A stretch of DNA of 60,119 nt from the NCBI GenBank assembly GCA_012799695.1, contig JAAZKT010000006.1:1-60119 (forward strand), read 5' to 3'. Source of the stretch: Clostridiaceae bacterium (lineage in GTDB: Bacteria; Bacillota; Clostridia; Saccharofermentanales; DTU023). Of the stretch, positions 37,184 to 45,595 are shown piece after piece; the stretch's first letter is position 1, and each line of letters starts with the position of its first letter. The notes beneath the pieces were generated by a model. That model had not been told where the DNA came from. It saw only the letters and a list, made by a program, of their open reading frames with translations, and ran no database searches. The translations under genes and the position numbers were made by a program.

Positions 37184-38137
37184 TTATTTGCCGACGTCGG
37201 GCTTCGCAAACGTCATGAGCTTAAGCGAGTTGAGTTCGGAAAGCACTATCTCCTCGGGTATATTGACGACCCCAAGAATTTGCGAGTCTCTCGTAATCCG
37301 GTGTATCAAAAATTCGTGGTACAGTTGGAAATCCTTAATCTCTCCCGTTGAGCTGACGTGCATGCGCGGACCGGTACAGTAATGTCGCTGGTCACCGATC
37401 AGAATGTGTGTATTGTCGAGAAACGAAATCGGCAGATCTTGAGCAATCAGCTTTTTGACGTCGGCCTCCAATTCCCTAAGATCGATTTGAGGTCTCTCAT
37501 GAAACGAAAGGATAAAGCCGTTACGCACGTCGTAATGATCGAAGTGGTAGACGCGACGATCAATGAGACAATACTCCACGAGATCATCCGCTGTATGCGC
37601 CATGCGCCGGTTACCGATGGAAGCAAAGACAACCTCTTTGATATCGTCCGGTTCGGGTCCGAAAACACTCGGACGCGTCACTATTATTTCCTCGCCGATC
37701 CCAATCAACAAGTGCGCATTCATACCGAGATATGGGTAGATAAGATCGAAGTGTTCAATGACAACGCGCTTGCCGCGTTCGTCGGCAAGCCTGATCGCGT
37801 CGGCTAGCTCGTGTGGCTGGTAAAATGCCATCTCGAAGCGTATGTCGAGATGGTACGTGTGCGGTGTAAAAAAACCCGTATCGTCCTGATGCATGATCGG
37901 AAGCGGTCTGACATTGACGCCCTCATCATCATTCGTCAGTTCAAGACCGGGAAACATACCTTTTAGAAGAATGCTCTTGCCGGATCCGCTGTCACCGATC
38001 AACCCGATCAAGCGATCAAACGGCGAAAGATACTGCTGAGCGATCTGCATCCCCTGATCCACCATACGAGGCGCACCTCGTGGCGAAAGCAACACACTGT
38101 ACAAGTGATTTCTCTGCATTCTGTCTGAATATGACAT
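37184..38137 (-). CDS. Uncharacterised P-loop NTPase-like protein
   Basis: 317 aa. Strong RBS (GAAGGAG) before ATG 38137. Walker A-like GDSGSGKS and a possible Walker B KRVVIEHFD. I recognise no other family motif. 33 nt upstream of citXG. Confidence 0.5.
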   Translation of the reverse strand: MSYSDRMQRNHLYSVLLSPRGAPRMVDQGMQIAQQYLSPFDRLIGLIGDSGSGKSILLKGMFPGLELTNDDEGVNVRPLPIMHQDDTGFFTPHTYHLDIRFEMAFYQPHELADAIRLADERGKRVVIEHFDLIYPYLGMNAHLLIGIGEEIIVTRPSVFGPEPDDIKEVVFASIGNRRMAHTADDLVEYCLIDRRVYHFDHYDVRNGFILSFHERPQIDLRELEADVKKLIAQDLPISFLDNTHILIGDQRHYCTGPRMHVSSTGEIKDFQLYHEFLIHRITRDSQILGVVNIPEEIVLSELNSLKLMTFAKPDVGK

Positions 38138-38383
38138 AACAGTCTCCTTCTACATTCAAATCGCTGATACCGATTTGACCCCAAAGATTTGGAAATGCTA
38201 TTGACATTGTCTCACAATCTCCACACTACTGCTATCCTCGGTAACGCAACTCTCCACGCTACTTTGCCCCAAATGACACAATCTCGATCAATTGTTTCAC
38301 ATTCTTTGCACATAATACGGAACACTATTTGCTAACCTGAACTCAACGGTCGGCGGACGTCGGCGATGTAATTACTTTGCGGG

Positions 38384-39472
38384 ATGGTGAATTTCACTGA
38401 CATGGAACAGCTAAAAACAGAAACAATCTGGCTTGTAACGGGCGCATCGGGTCACTTGGGCACCAATGTCATTCGCGCGCTCAAGAGTATGGAACAGCGT
38501 GTGCGTGCGTTTATCATTGAGCAGGATACGCCGCCCTCGCTTGAAGGACTCGACATTGAATACGTGCGCGGCGACATTACTGATCGCAACTCAATCGAAC
38601 CCTTATTCGCTGACACGAATGATCTGGACGTCATCGTATTGCACCTTGCCGGTTACGTCACAATCTTCGGCAAGCCCGACGAACGCACTTACAACATCAA
38701 CGTCAACGGGACAAAAAACATGCTTCAGGTCGCCAAAACGCATCACGTCAAGCGTTTCGTGTATGCGAGTACCGTTCATGCGATTCCCGAGCTTGAAACA
38801 GGTAAACCTATCCGCGAGGTAGATCATTTTGACCCAGACGCAGTACACGGCTATTACGCGAAGACAAAGGCGATGGCGACACAACTTGTCATGAACGCCG
38901 CAAAGGAAGGGATGGATGCTCTCGTCGTCCATCCGAGCGGAATCATCGGCCCCTACGATTATCTCAACAGCCATACGACGCGTCTTTTCAGACGACTCGT
39001 CGACAAGAAACTTCCCGGTATGGTCAGCGGCGGCTACGACTTTGTCGATGTCCGCGATGTGGCGGACGGCATCATCAGAGCGGCGCTGAATGGCGAGGCG
39101 GGAGAAGCGTATATTTTATCAGGCGGGTACTATCCCATCTGCGACATTGTCAACATAGCTGCCAAGATGGCGGGGAGAAAACAATTTAAAATCACGGTCC
39201 CGCGTTTTCTGGCAAAGATTGCCGCTCCCTTCGTCGAATGGAGCAGCAAGGTGACGGGAACGCCGCCGATATTCACTTCCTATTCGCTTTATACTTTGAA
39301 CAGTTTCGGAAAGTTTTCAAATGAAAAAGCGCGTAAAGCGCTCGGATACACGACACGCCCAATACGTGAAACAGTTCGCGACACACTTGAATTTATGAGA
39401 AAAAACGAGCAATTCAGTACGTCATTCGTCTTCCAGAACGGCGCCGCGAAAACACAGACCGTGGCTCGCTGA
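38384..39472 (+). CDS. NAD(P)-dependent epimerase/dehydratase (extended SDR, dihydroflavonol-reductase-like)
   Basis: Rossmann motif VTGASGHLG, catalytic YxxxK (YAKTK). The start could be ATG 38384 or 38402. Confidence 0.8.
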   Translation: MVNFTDMEQLKTETIWLVTGASGHLGTNVIRALKSMEQRVRAFIIEQDTPPSLEGLDIEYVRGDITDRNSIEPLFADTNDLDVIVLHLAGYVTIFGKPDERTYNINVNGTKNMLQVAKTHHVKRFVYASTVHAIPELETGKPIREVDHFDPDAVHGYYAKTKAMATQLVMNAAKEGMDALVVHPSGIIGPYDYLNSHTTRLFRRLVDKKLPGMVSGGYDFVDVRDVADGIIRAALNGEAGEAYILSGGYYPICDIVNIAAKMAGRKQFKITVPRFLAKIAAPFVEWSSKVTGTPPIFTSYSLYTLNSFGKFSNEKARKALGYTTRPIRETVRDTLEFMRKNEQFSTSFVFQNGAAKTQTVAR

Positions 39473-39639
39473 CAGCAAAAAACAATCCGGACACATTTTA
39501 TTTTCGTGAAATCTTGCGGATCTGAAGATCCCTCTTTTAACAATGATTTCATCTTTGTCGAACGAGAATGCAAACGAGCAGTGTTAAAATTAGTGCGTCG
39601 CTCGTAGAGAGTCTGATTTTTTCGGTTTGAGGTCATTTT

Positions 39640-40818
39640 GTGCGTATTGGTTTGATGACGGATGCCTATTACCCGCAAATCGGCGGTGTTTCAACATCTA
39701 CATCTTTGCTTAAAAGGGGCTTGAATAGGCAAGGACATCATTCCATTATCGTAACGACGACAGACCCGGAACAACCGGATAACGAAGAGGATATCTTCCG
39801 CGTTGTCAGCACACCATTCTTCAGCGCTAAACGTATGACGCTCGCCTTTCATCCAATCCTTGAGCGCAAGATCGAAGAGATGGGACTCGATCTCGTCCAC
39901 ACGCAAACGGAATTCGGCATCGGAAACTTCGGGCGTCTCATCGCAAAGAAAAACGATCTCCCCCACGTTCACACGTTTCACACGCTCTATGAAGATTGGT
40001 TGAACGATCAGCTACACGCTAAAAGAGGCGGGCTCGGACAAAGACTGGTTCACTGGTACGTTCGCAAAGAGAGTCGCCGATTCTGTAATGCGGCACATGT
40101 GGTGATTGTGCCGACCGAGAAGACAAGGCGCATCCTCCGTACCTACGGCGTCGATGTTCCGATACGCGTGATTCCGACAGGCATCGACCTCTATCGATTC
40201 TACGAGGCAAAAGACAACATCGAAGCGAGGCGTAACTTGAGACAGCAATACGGAGTCGGTGACGATGATCGGCTACTGCTCTACGTCGGGCGTATCTCAC
40301 AAGAAAAGCAAATTGAAAAACTCACCGTCTATATCGAAAAAAGGATGTCTCGGTGGCCTCAAATTCATTTTATACTCGTCGGTGACGGTCCCGCAGCCGG
40401 CAAAGTGAAGAACATTATCGAAGAAAGCCCGCATAAGGATCGCATCCATTTTATCGGACCCGTCCGCATGGAAAACGTTCCGCAATACTACGCGGCTGCC
40501 GATCTGTTTTTAAGTGCTTCTCAGAGCGAGACACAAGGACTTACATACTTTGAGGCGCTCGCCTCAGGCGTACCTCTCCTCGTACAAGAGGATACTTGCC
40601 TAGATGGCGTCCTTAACGAGGAAAATGGCATCTCCTTCCACGACGAAACGTCGTTTGATCTCGGCTTGGCGACTCTGCTGACGGAGACGGACGAGAAAAG
40701 ATCTTTGCGAAGCCGGGCATCCGTAAAGAAAGCTCATGAATATGGTTTGACGTCGTTTGTCAATAAAGTTCTGGCTGTTTACGAGGAAGCATTTATATTA
40801 AAGGCAAGCAGACGATAA
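39640..40818 (+). CDS. Family 4 glycosyltransferase (diacylglycerol glycosyltransferase-like)
   Basis: GTG start with GAGGT RBS. MRIGLMTDAYYPQIGGVSTS N-terminus. C-terminal SQSETQGLTYFEALASGVP (E-x7-E type motif). Confidence 0.85.
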   Translation: MRIGLMTDAYYPQIGGVSTSTSLLKRGLNRQGHHSIIVTTTDPEQPDNEEDIFRVVSTPFFSAKRMTLAFHPILERKIEEMGLDLVHTQTEFGIGNFGRLIAKKNDLPHVHTFHTLYEDWLNDQLHAKRGGLGQRLVHWYVRKESRRFCNAAHVVIVPTEKTRRILRTYGVDVPIRVIPTGIDLYRFYEAKDNIEARRNLRQQYGVGDDDRLLLYVGRISQEKQIEKLTVYIEKRMSRWPQIHFILVGDGPAAGKVKNIIEESPHKDRIHFIGPVRMENVPQYYAAADLFLSASQSETQGLTYFEALASGVPLLVQEDTCLDGVLNEENGISFHDETSFDLGLATLLTETDEKRSLRSRASVKKAHEYGLTSFVNKVLAVYEEAFILKASRR

Positions 40819-40875
40819 ATTGCATTAAATACATGTATTAATATTCAAAATATGGCTAGTGCCGGGCCGTCCTTT

Positions 40876-40884
40876 TGCTATAAT
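40876..40884 (+). promoter_or_regulatory. Extended -10 promoter element upstream of the 5-TM gene / symporter pair
   Basis: TGCTATAAT (TGn + TATAAT) at 40876-40884. A 6-bp hairpin GTCCGT/ACGGAC (40908-40925) lies in the leader. Confidence 0.45.
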
Positions 40885-40947
40885 ACACATAGGTTGTTGT
40901 TTGTTTTGTCCGTATTTTCACGGACGGTATTTCGAGGAGGCATCTGT

Positions 40948-41487
40948 ATGGTTACGACATTACTTGTCGCGCTACTCACCGCACTTGCTTCGCTAGTGCA
41001 TATCCCCGTTGGCGATTCCGATTTCCGTGTCACCCTCGGCATGGTTGTCATGATGACCGGCTACCTGATCCTCAAGAAGAAAAAAGTGTTGAGGCTCGCC
41101 TTTTTTTCAGGTTTATTCGTCGGATTGTTGCGTATAGTCGTCTCCGCCATAAGCGGCATGGCGATCACGCCGAAGTTCGCCGGCTCGCTCTTGCTCGAAT
41201 TTTTCTTTTACATCGGGTACGGTATTCTTTACCGATACACAGTTGAGTTGAACAAGAGCATTTATAAAATACCTCTCGTCTTTTCACTCGTGATATGTGA
41301 TTTCGGAGGAAATGCACTTGAATACATCCTCCGCTTTCTCTATGCGGCAGAAGTATGGAAAGACACATCGCTTCTGACAATTCTTATCGCCGCATTTGTC
41401 CGATCTATCACAATCGTCTTGTGCGTCTTTTTGTACCGTCGCTTCATTGAGCCACATCTCTCGCTGAAGAAGGAGGAATCGCCATGA
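40948..41487 (+). CDS. Small polytopic membrane protein (about 5 TM), function unknown
   Basis: I prefer ATG 40948 (GAGGAGG RBS) to the track start 40852. 179 aa, five hydrophobic segments. Its stop overlaps the symporter start (ATGA at 41484-41487). Confidence 0.55.
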   Translation: MVTTLLVALLTALASLVHIPVGDSDFRVTLGMVVMMTGYLILKKKKVLRLAFFSGLFVGLLRIVVSAISGMAITPKFAGSLLLEFFFYIGYGILYRYTVELNKSIYKIPLVFSLVICDFGGNALEYILRFLYAAEVWKDTSLLTILIAAFVRSITIVLCVFLYRRFIEPHLSLKKEESP

Positions 41488-42881
41488 TGGATGTTTTAAC
41501 TACGATCAAAGATTACCTCTGGGACTACATCTTGCTATTCGGGCTGATAGGCATAGGCATCTATATGAGCATCAGGCTTCGATTTCCACAAGTTACGAGG
41601 CTATTCCCGAGCATCGGCAAGCTTTTCAGGGACATTAAGAACAAAGTCCCTGTACAGGAAGGCCGTATGACCCCGTTCCAATCCCTCGCGACAGCCATTG
41701 CCGCACAAGTGGGTACAGGCAATATTGTCGGCGTCGCGACGGCGATCGCGTCCGGCGGTCCGGGTGCCGCTTTCTGGATGATGTTATCGGCTTTTTTCGG
41801 CATGTCAACTATCTTTTCCGAGGCGGTGCTCGCCCAGTTTTATCGTGAGGAAAAGGATGGGCACCTCGTCGGAGGCCCCGCCTACTACATCAAAAAGGGA
41901 ATGAAATCGAAATGGCTTTCGATTGTGTTCGCCATCCTTACCATCATCGCGCTCGGGATTGTCGGCCTGATGGTGCAGTCGAATGCCATTGTCACCTCGC
42001 TCAGTGAATCATTTAAGCTCTCGGGAACGTGGATCACCATCGGATTGGCCGCAATCGTCGGTGTCATTTTGACAGGCGGTATGCAACGTATCGCCGGTTT
42101 CTCCGAAAAGGTTGTCCCCTTGATGGCATTTGCTTACATCTTAGGCAGTGTCATTATTATCTTCATGAATCTCGGCATGTTTCTCCCCGCCCTAAAGATG
42201 ATTTTCGTCGGTGCATTCACACCGAAAGCGATTGGCGGAGGAGTTCTCGGTATTACAATCCAAAAGGCAGTTCAACTTGGACTCGCACGCGGCCTCTTTT
42301 CAAACGAAGCCGGCATGGGTTCGACACCTCACTCACACGCCGTCGCAAGCACCGATCATCCCGCGGAGCAAGGCTTCATCGCGATGATCGGAGTCTTCAT
42401 CTCCACTTTTATGATCTGCCTCGCAACCGTTATGGTAAATCTAACATCGGGTAGTTACGATCCCTCGATCCCGGCAGCTGAGATGGCAAAAGAAGCCACA
42501 TTGATGACTCAGCGAGGTTTTACGAACGGATTCGGTACTTTTGGCGGCGCTTTCTTGTCCATTTCGCTGGCGTCGTTCGCCTTAACCACGATTATCGGTT
42601 GGTATTTCTTCGCCGAATCGAACGTCATTATGTTGGCGGGCGACAAAAAATCTATTGTCGGTATGTTCCGGATTATTGCGATCGGTTTTCTCGTCGTCGG
42701 CACACTTCTAGACGGTGAAATAATCTGGATGCTGGCAGACCTCTTCACCGGACTGATGGCTCTCCCCAACATTGTGGCGCTTCTGTTCCTTTCTGGAACT
42801 GCCAAGAAACTTCTCGACCATTACGACAAATGCAAAAAAGAAAAACTGCTGAAATGGCCAACTGAAGATGATTTAAAGTGA
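41484..42881 (+). CDS. Alanine/glycine:cation symporter (AGCS family)
   Basis: 465 aa. Starts LWDYILLFGLIGIGIYMSIRLRFPQV, then QSLATAIAAQVGTGNIVGVATAI and SNEAGMGSTPHSHA blocks. Confidence 0.9.
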   Translation: MMDVLTTIKDYLWDYILLFGLIGIGIYMSIRLRFPQVTRLFPSIGKLFRDIKNKVPVQEGRMTPFQSLATAIAAQVGTGNIVGVATAIASGGPGAAFWMMLSAFFGMSTIFSEAVLAQFYREEKDGHLVGGPAYYIKKGMKSKWLSIVFAILTIIALGIVGLMVQSNAIVTSLSESFKLSGTWITIGLAAIVGVILTGGMQRIAGFSEKVVPLMAFAYILGSVIIIFMNLGMFLPALKMIFVGAFTPKAIGGGVLGITIQKAVQLGLARGLFSNEAGMGSTPHSHAVASTDHPAEQGFIAMIGVFISTFMICLATVMVNLTSGSYDPSIPAAEMAKEATLMTQRGFTNGFGTFGGAFLSISLASFALTTIIGWYFFAESNVIMLAGDKKSIVGMFRIIAIGFLVVGTLLDGEIIWMLADLFTGLMALPNIVALLFLSGTAKKLLDHYDKCKKEKLLKWPTEDDLK

Positions 42882-42947
42882 AGTAGTAAGCAGGAACGCA
42901 AGGAGAGGTAACGGGCAGGGCGAACGGATAATCTAAAAGAAATAATC

Positions 42948-42990
42948 TAAGCGGTCGCTCAGGGCTATTCATCTGCGTGACCGCTTATTT
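42948..42990. terminator. Possible shared terminator between the convergent symporter and lyase alpha genes
   Basis: TAAGCGGTC (42948-42956) pairs with GACCGCTTA (42979-42987), followed by TTTCGCGTT. The loop is long, so this is only moderately convincing. Confidence 0.4.
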
Positions 42991-43005
42991 CGCGTTCAAT
43001 ATGAA

Positions 43006-44421
43006 TCAATCTTCGATCATGGCGATCGTATCAAGCAACATCCCGTCGCGGCTGATGACGCGCGCTATGGGGCGACCCTTGTGAGTAGAGCGTGTGGGAA
43101 CACCGGTGATCGATTCCGCTTTCGCTTTTAAATCGTGTATCGGGACGACGGGAAGTCCTGCACGCTCAAGCCTCGAGGCGAGCTCCGATCTTCTCGGATT
43201 GCACGCAAGTCCATACTGCGTAACGAGCAAATCGATATCTTCACCCGGCGTCGAGATCGTGCCGACGCGATCAACGATTAAGGGCATTCTGGCGCGCATG
43301 ATCGGCGCGACGATGATCGACAGTTTTGCACCGGCCGCCGTATCGCTGTGTCCTCCCGAACCGCCCATGATGACGCCATTCGAGTCTGTATGGACATTCA
43401 CATTAAAATCGGTATCGATTTCCGTCGCGCCCAAAATGACGACATCGAGGTGATCGACGACCGACGATTTGGCAGCGGGGCTCGCGTAACGTGTCGCGCT
43501 AATCTCACCATGTCGTGCGTCTTCACCGATCGACAGAACGGCCTCGCGATCAAAACATTGAACGTCGAGAAGCGTCTCGAACAAGCCTTCACGCAACAAA
43601 TTGACGAGCAGCCCCGTAATGCCGCCCGAGGCAAATCGACCCACGATACCCTGCTCCCTCATGATTTCGCCGAGATATTGGGCGACCGCAAGCGAGGTTC
43701 CGCCCGCGCCCGTCTGAAAAGTAAAACCGTCCCTGAGCAATCCCGACGCGCCGATCGCTTTTGCCGCCTGTTCTGCAATTAAAAGCCCGATCGGATCGCG
43801 CGTGACGCGTGTCGTTCCCGACATGATACGCAAGGGATCCCCGATCGAATCGATGACTACGACGGCATCGACCGACTCCTCGGAGATCGACGCGCCGATA
43901 AGCGGGTACTCGAACAGTTGATCCGTCACGACGACGACATATTGCGCGTGCTCGGCGTCGGGCATCGCATAACCGATCGATCCGAAGGCAGCATTCCCCT
44001 GTTTGCCGTTACAGTTGCCGGTGGCATCTGCCGCCGATGCCGCGATAAAGGCAACATCAATGCGCGATTCTCCGCGATCCATCGCCGCGGGACGGCCTCC
44101 GTGACTCCTGAAAACAACTTCCCTCTCAAGCGCGCCTCGAGATATCGCCTGCCCGATCTGCGCATGCATGAAGTTGCACTCAATGCCTGTGACCGTTCCG
44201 TCACGTACAAAGTCGAGAATCGATCGGTGACAACCCATGAGCGCCGACGCGTTGACGGTTAAATCCTTTAGACCCAACACCGAGCATTCGGCAAGAACGG
44301 AGTTGAGAACGCGATCGCCCTCGCGCAGATGGTGGTGAAAAGAGATTGTCATGCCGTCGCGAAGACCTGACTGACGAATCGCTTCTCCTAGCGAAGGCAT
44401 TACTTTTGTCTGACGTGTCAT
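43006..44421 (-). CDS. citF: Citrate-lyase-type alpha subunit (acyl-ACP:substrate CoA-transferase-like); probably citramalate lyase alpha in this context
   Basis: 471 aa. GLRDGMTISFHHHLREGD matches the CitF SFHHH block. ATGA overlap with the beta gene. Confidence 0.88.
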   Translation of the reverse strand: MTRQTKVMPSLGEAIRQSGLRDGMTISFHHHLREGDRVLNSVLAECSVLGLKDLTVNASALMGCHRSILDFVRDGTVTGIECNFMHAQIGQAISRGALEREVVFRSHGGRPAAMDRGESRIDVAFIAASAADATGNCNGKQGNAAFGSIGYAMPDAEHAQYVVVVTDQLFEYPLIGASISEESVDAVVVIDSIGDPLRIMSGTTRVTRDPIGLLIAEQAAKAIGASGLLRDGFTFQTGAGGTSLAVAQYLGEIMREQGIVGRFASGGITGLLVNLLREGLFETLLDVQCFDREAVLSIGEDARHGEISATRYASPAAKSSVVDHLDVVILGATEIDTDFNVNVHTDSNGVIMGGSGGHSDTAAGAKLSIIVAPIMRARMPLIVDRVGTISTPGEDIDLLVTQYGLACNPRRSELASRLERAGLPVVPIHDLKAKAESITGVPTRSTHKGRPIARVISRDGMLLDTIAMIED

Positions 44422-45311
44422 AAAGATGCTCCCTCCGTTTCAGCCGTGAGCATGCCACTCGCCCGAGCCAGCTCTAGTGTTCTCTCAGCCTGCCTCAAAA
44501 CAGGCAAATCGATCATTTTCCCGCGAAGTGAAACAGCCCCGCGCCCCTCGCGCTTCGCCCTCTCCATGGCGTCAACGACTTCTAAAGCGAAGGCAACCGC
44601 CTCTTCTGTCGGGGTGAAAGCTCGGTGAATCGGGCGCAAATGGTGGGGCGAGATCGAGAGTTTTCCGTCGAATCCAAGGTCACGTGCATAGACCGTATCG
44701 TCATAACAGCCTTCCTCATCACGCGCATCCGTAAAAGGAGTATCGACGGCATCGACCCCCGCTGCCCTCGCAGCGAGAAGAAGTCTGGAACGGCTGTAAA
44801 AAATCTCCGTTCCCTCCTTCGTACGCGGACAACCGAGATCGGCACACAGATCTTCGCCGCCGAGCGCCAACGCTTCGACACGCGGCGTTGACATTGCCGC
44901 CTCAAAGGCCTTCTCGATGCCAAGCGCCGTTTCGATCAGGGCGATAACCTTTGTGCGCCCTTTTTCGATGCCACACTCCTCTTCGATGAGGTCGAGCATC
45001 ACGGCGACGTGATGCAACGTCCGGGCGCCGTTGACTTTTGGCACCATGACGGAACGGGCGCCCGCCGTGACGACAGCTTCGAGATCCTTTTTAACGTACA
45101 GTTTCTCGAGATCGTTAATACGAACGGCGAGTCCACGTCTCCCGTAATCAATGGAACGGAGAGCCGACGCAACAAGCTCGCGCGCCGCATCCTTCTCCGC
45201 AGGAGCAACGGAATCTTCTAGGTCAAAAATAAGCACATCGGCAGGCAGCACGGCGCCATTTTGCAGCATGGTCGGCTGATTGCCGGGCAAGAAAAGGTAT
45301 GACCGTTTCAC
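44418..45311 (-). CDS. citE: Citrate-lyase-type beta subunit (citryl/citramalyl-ACP lyase, HpcH/CitE family)
   Basis: 297 aa. MKRSYLFLPGNQP...DVLIFDLEDSV. GTG start overlapping the gamma-subunit stop. Confidence 0.88.
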   Translation of the reverse strand: MKRSYLFLPGNQPTMLQNGAVLPADVLIFDLEDSVAPAEKDAARELVASALRSIDYGRRGLAVRINDLEKLYVKKDLEAVVTAGARSVMVPKVNGARTLHHVAVMLDLIEEECGIEKGRTKVIALIETALGIEKAFEAAMSTPRVEALALGGEDLCADLGCPRTKEGTEIFYSRSRLLLAARAAGVDAVDTPFTDARDEEGCYDDTVYARDLGFDGKLSISPHHLRPIHRAFTPTEEAVAFALEVVDAMERAKREGRGAVSLRGKMIDLPVLRQAERTLELARASGMLTAETEGASL

Positions 45312-45595
45312 GCATCGACTCCTTCCTCTTCTTCAAAAGAACGCCTGATCGCCGTGGCGAGCCTCGCACGTATCGTACAATCGAGTGCTCCTTGGTCTTC
45401 AAGCGATATCGTCCCGCTTGTCACGCCGAATGACTCAACCACTTCGCGAACTGATCGCATGATCGCATCGCCGAACTGATTGATGACGGGTGAATACAGC
45501 TTAATTTCGAGCGCGTCGGCAGGTTCGATCGTTACGAGCACATCGCCCGACTCCAGCGTGCCCGCTCTCGCTCTTTTCATCTGTTTACTGTTCAT
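45308..45595 (-). CDS. citD: Citrate-lyase-type acyl carrier protein (gamma subunit)
   Basis: 95 aa. AGTLESGDVLVTIEP contains the prosthetic-group Ser motif of CitD. ATGA overlap with the methylaspartase stop. Confidence 0.85.
   Translation of the reverse strand: MNSKQMKRARAGTLESGDVLVTIEPADALEIKLYSPVINQFGDAIMRSVREVVESFGVTSGTISLEDQGALDCTIRARLATAIRRSFEEEEGVDA

Noticed and set aside
43006-45595. A plain citrate-fermentation locus (citDEF), possibly working with the Na+ decarboxylase at the left end as an oxaloacetate decarboxylase
   Set aside because: The lyase genes are translationally fused to the methylaspartase/glutamate mutase operon. No citrate carrier or citC is present. The decarboxylase 40 kb away has an MmdA-type acyl-CoA carboxyltransferase rather than an OadA-type subunit.
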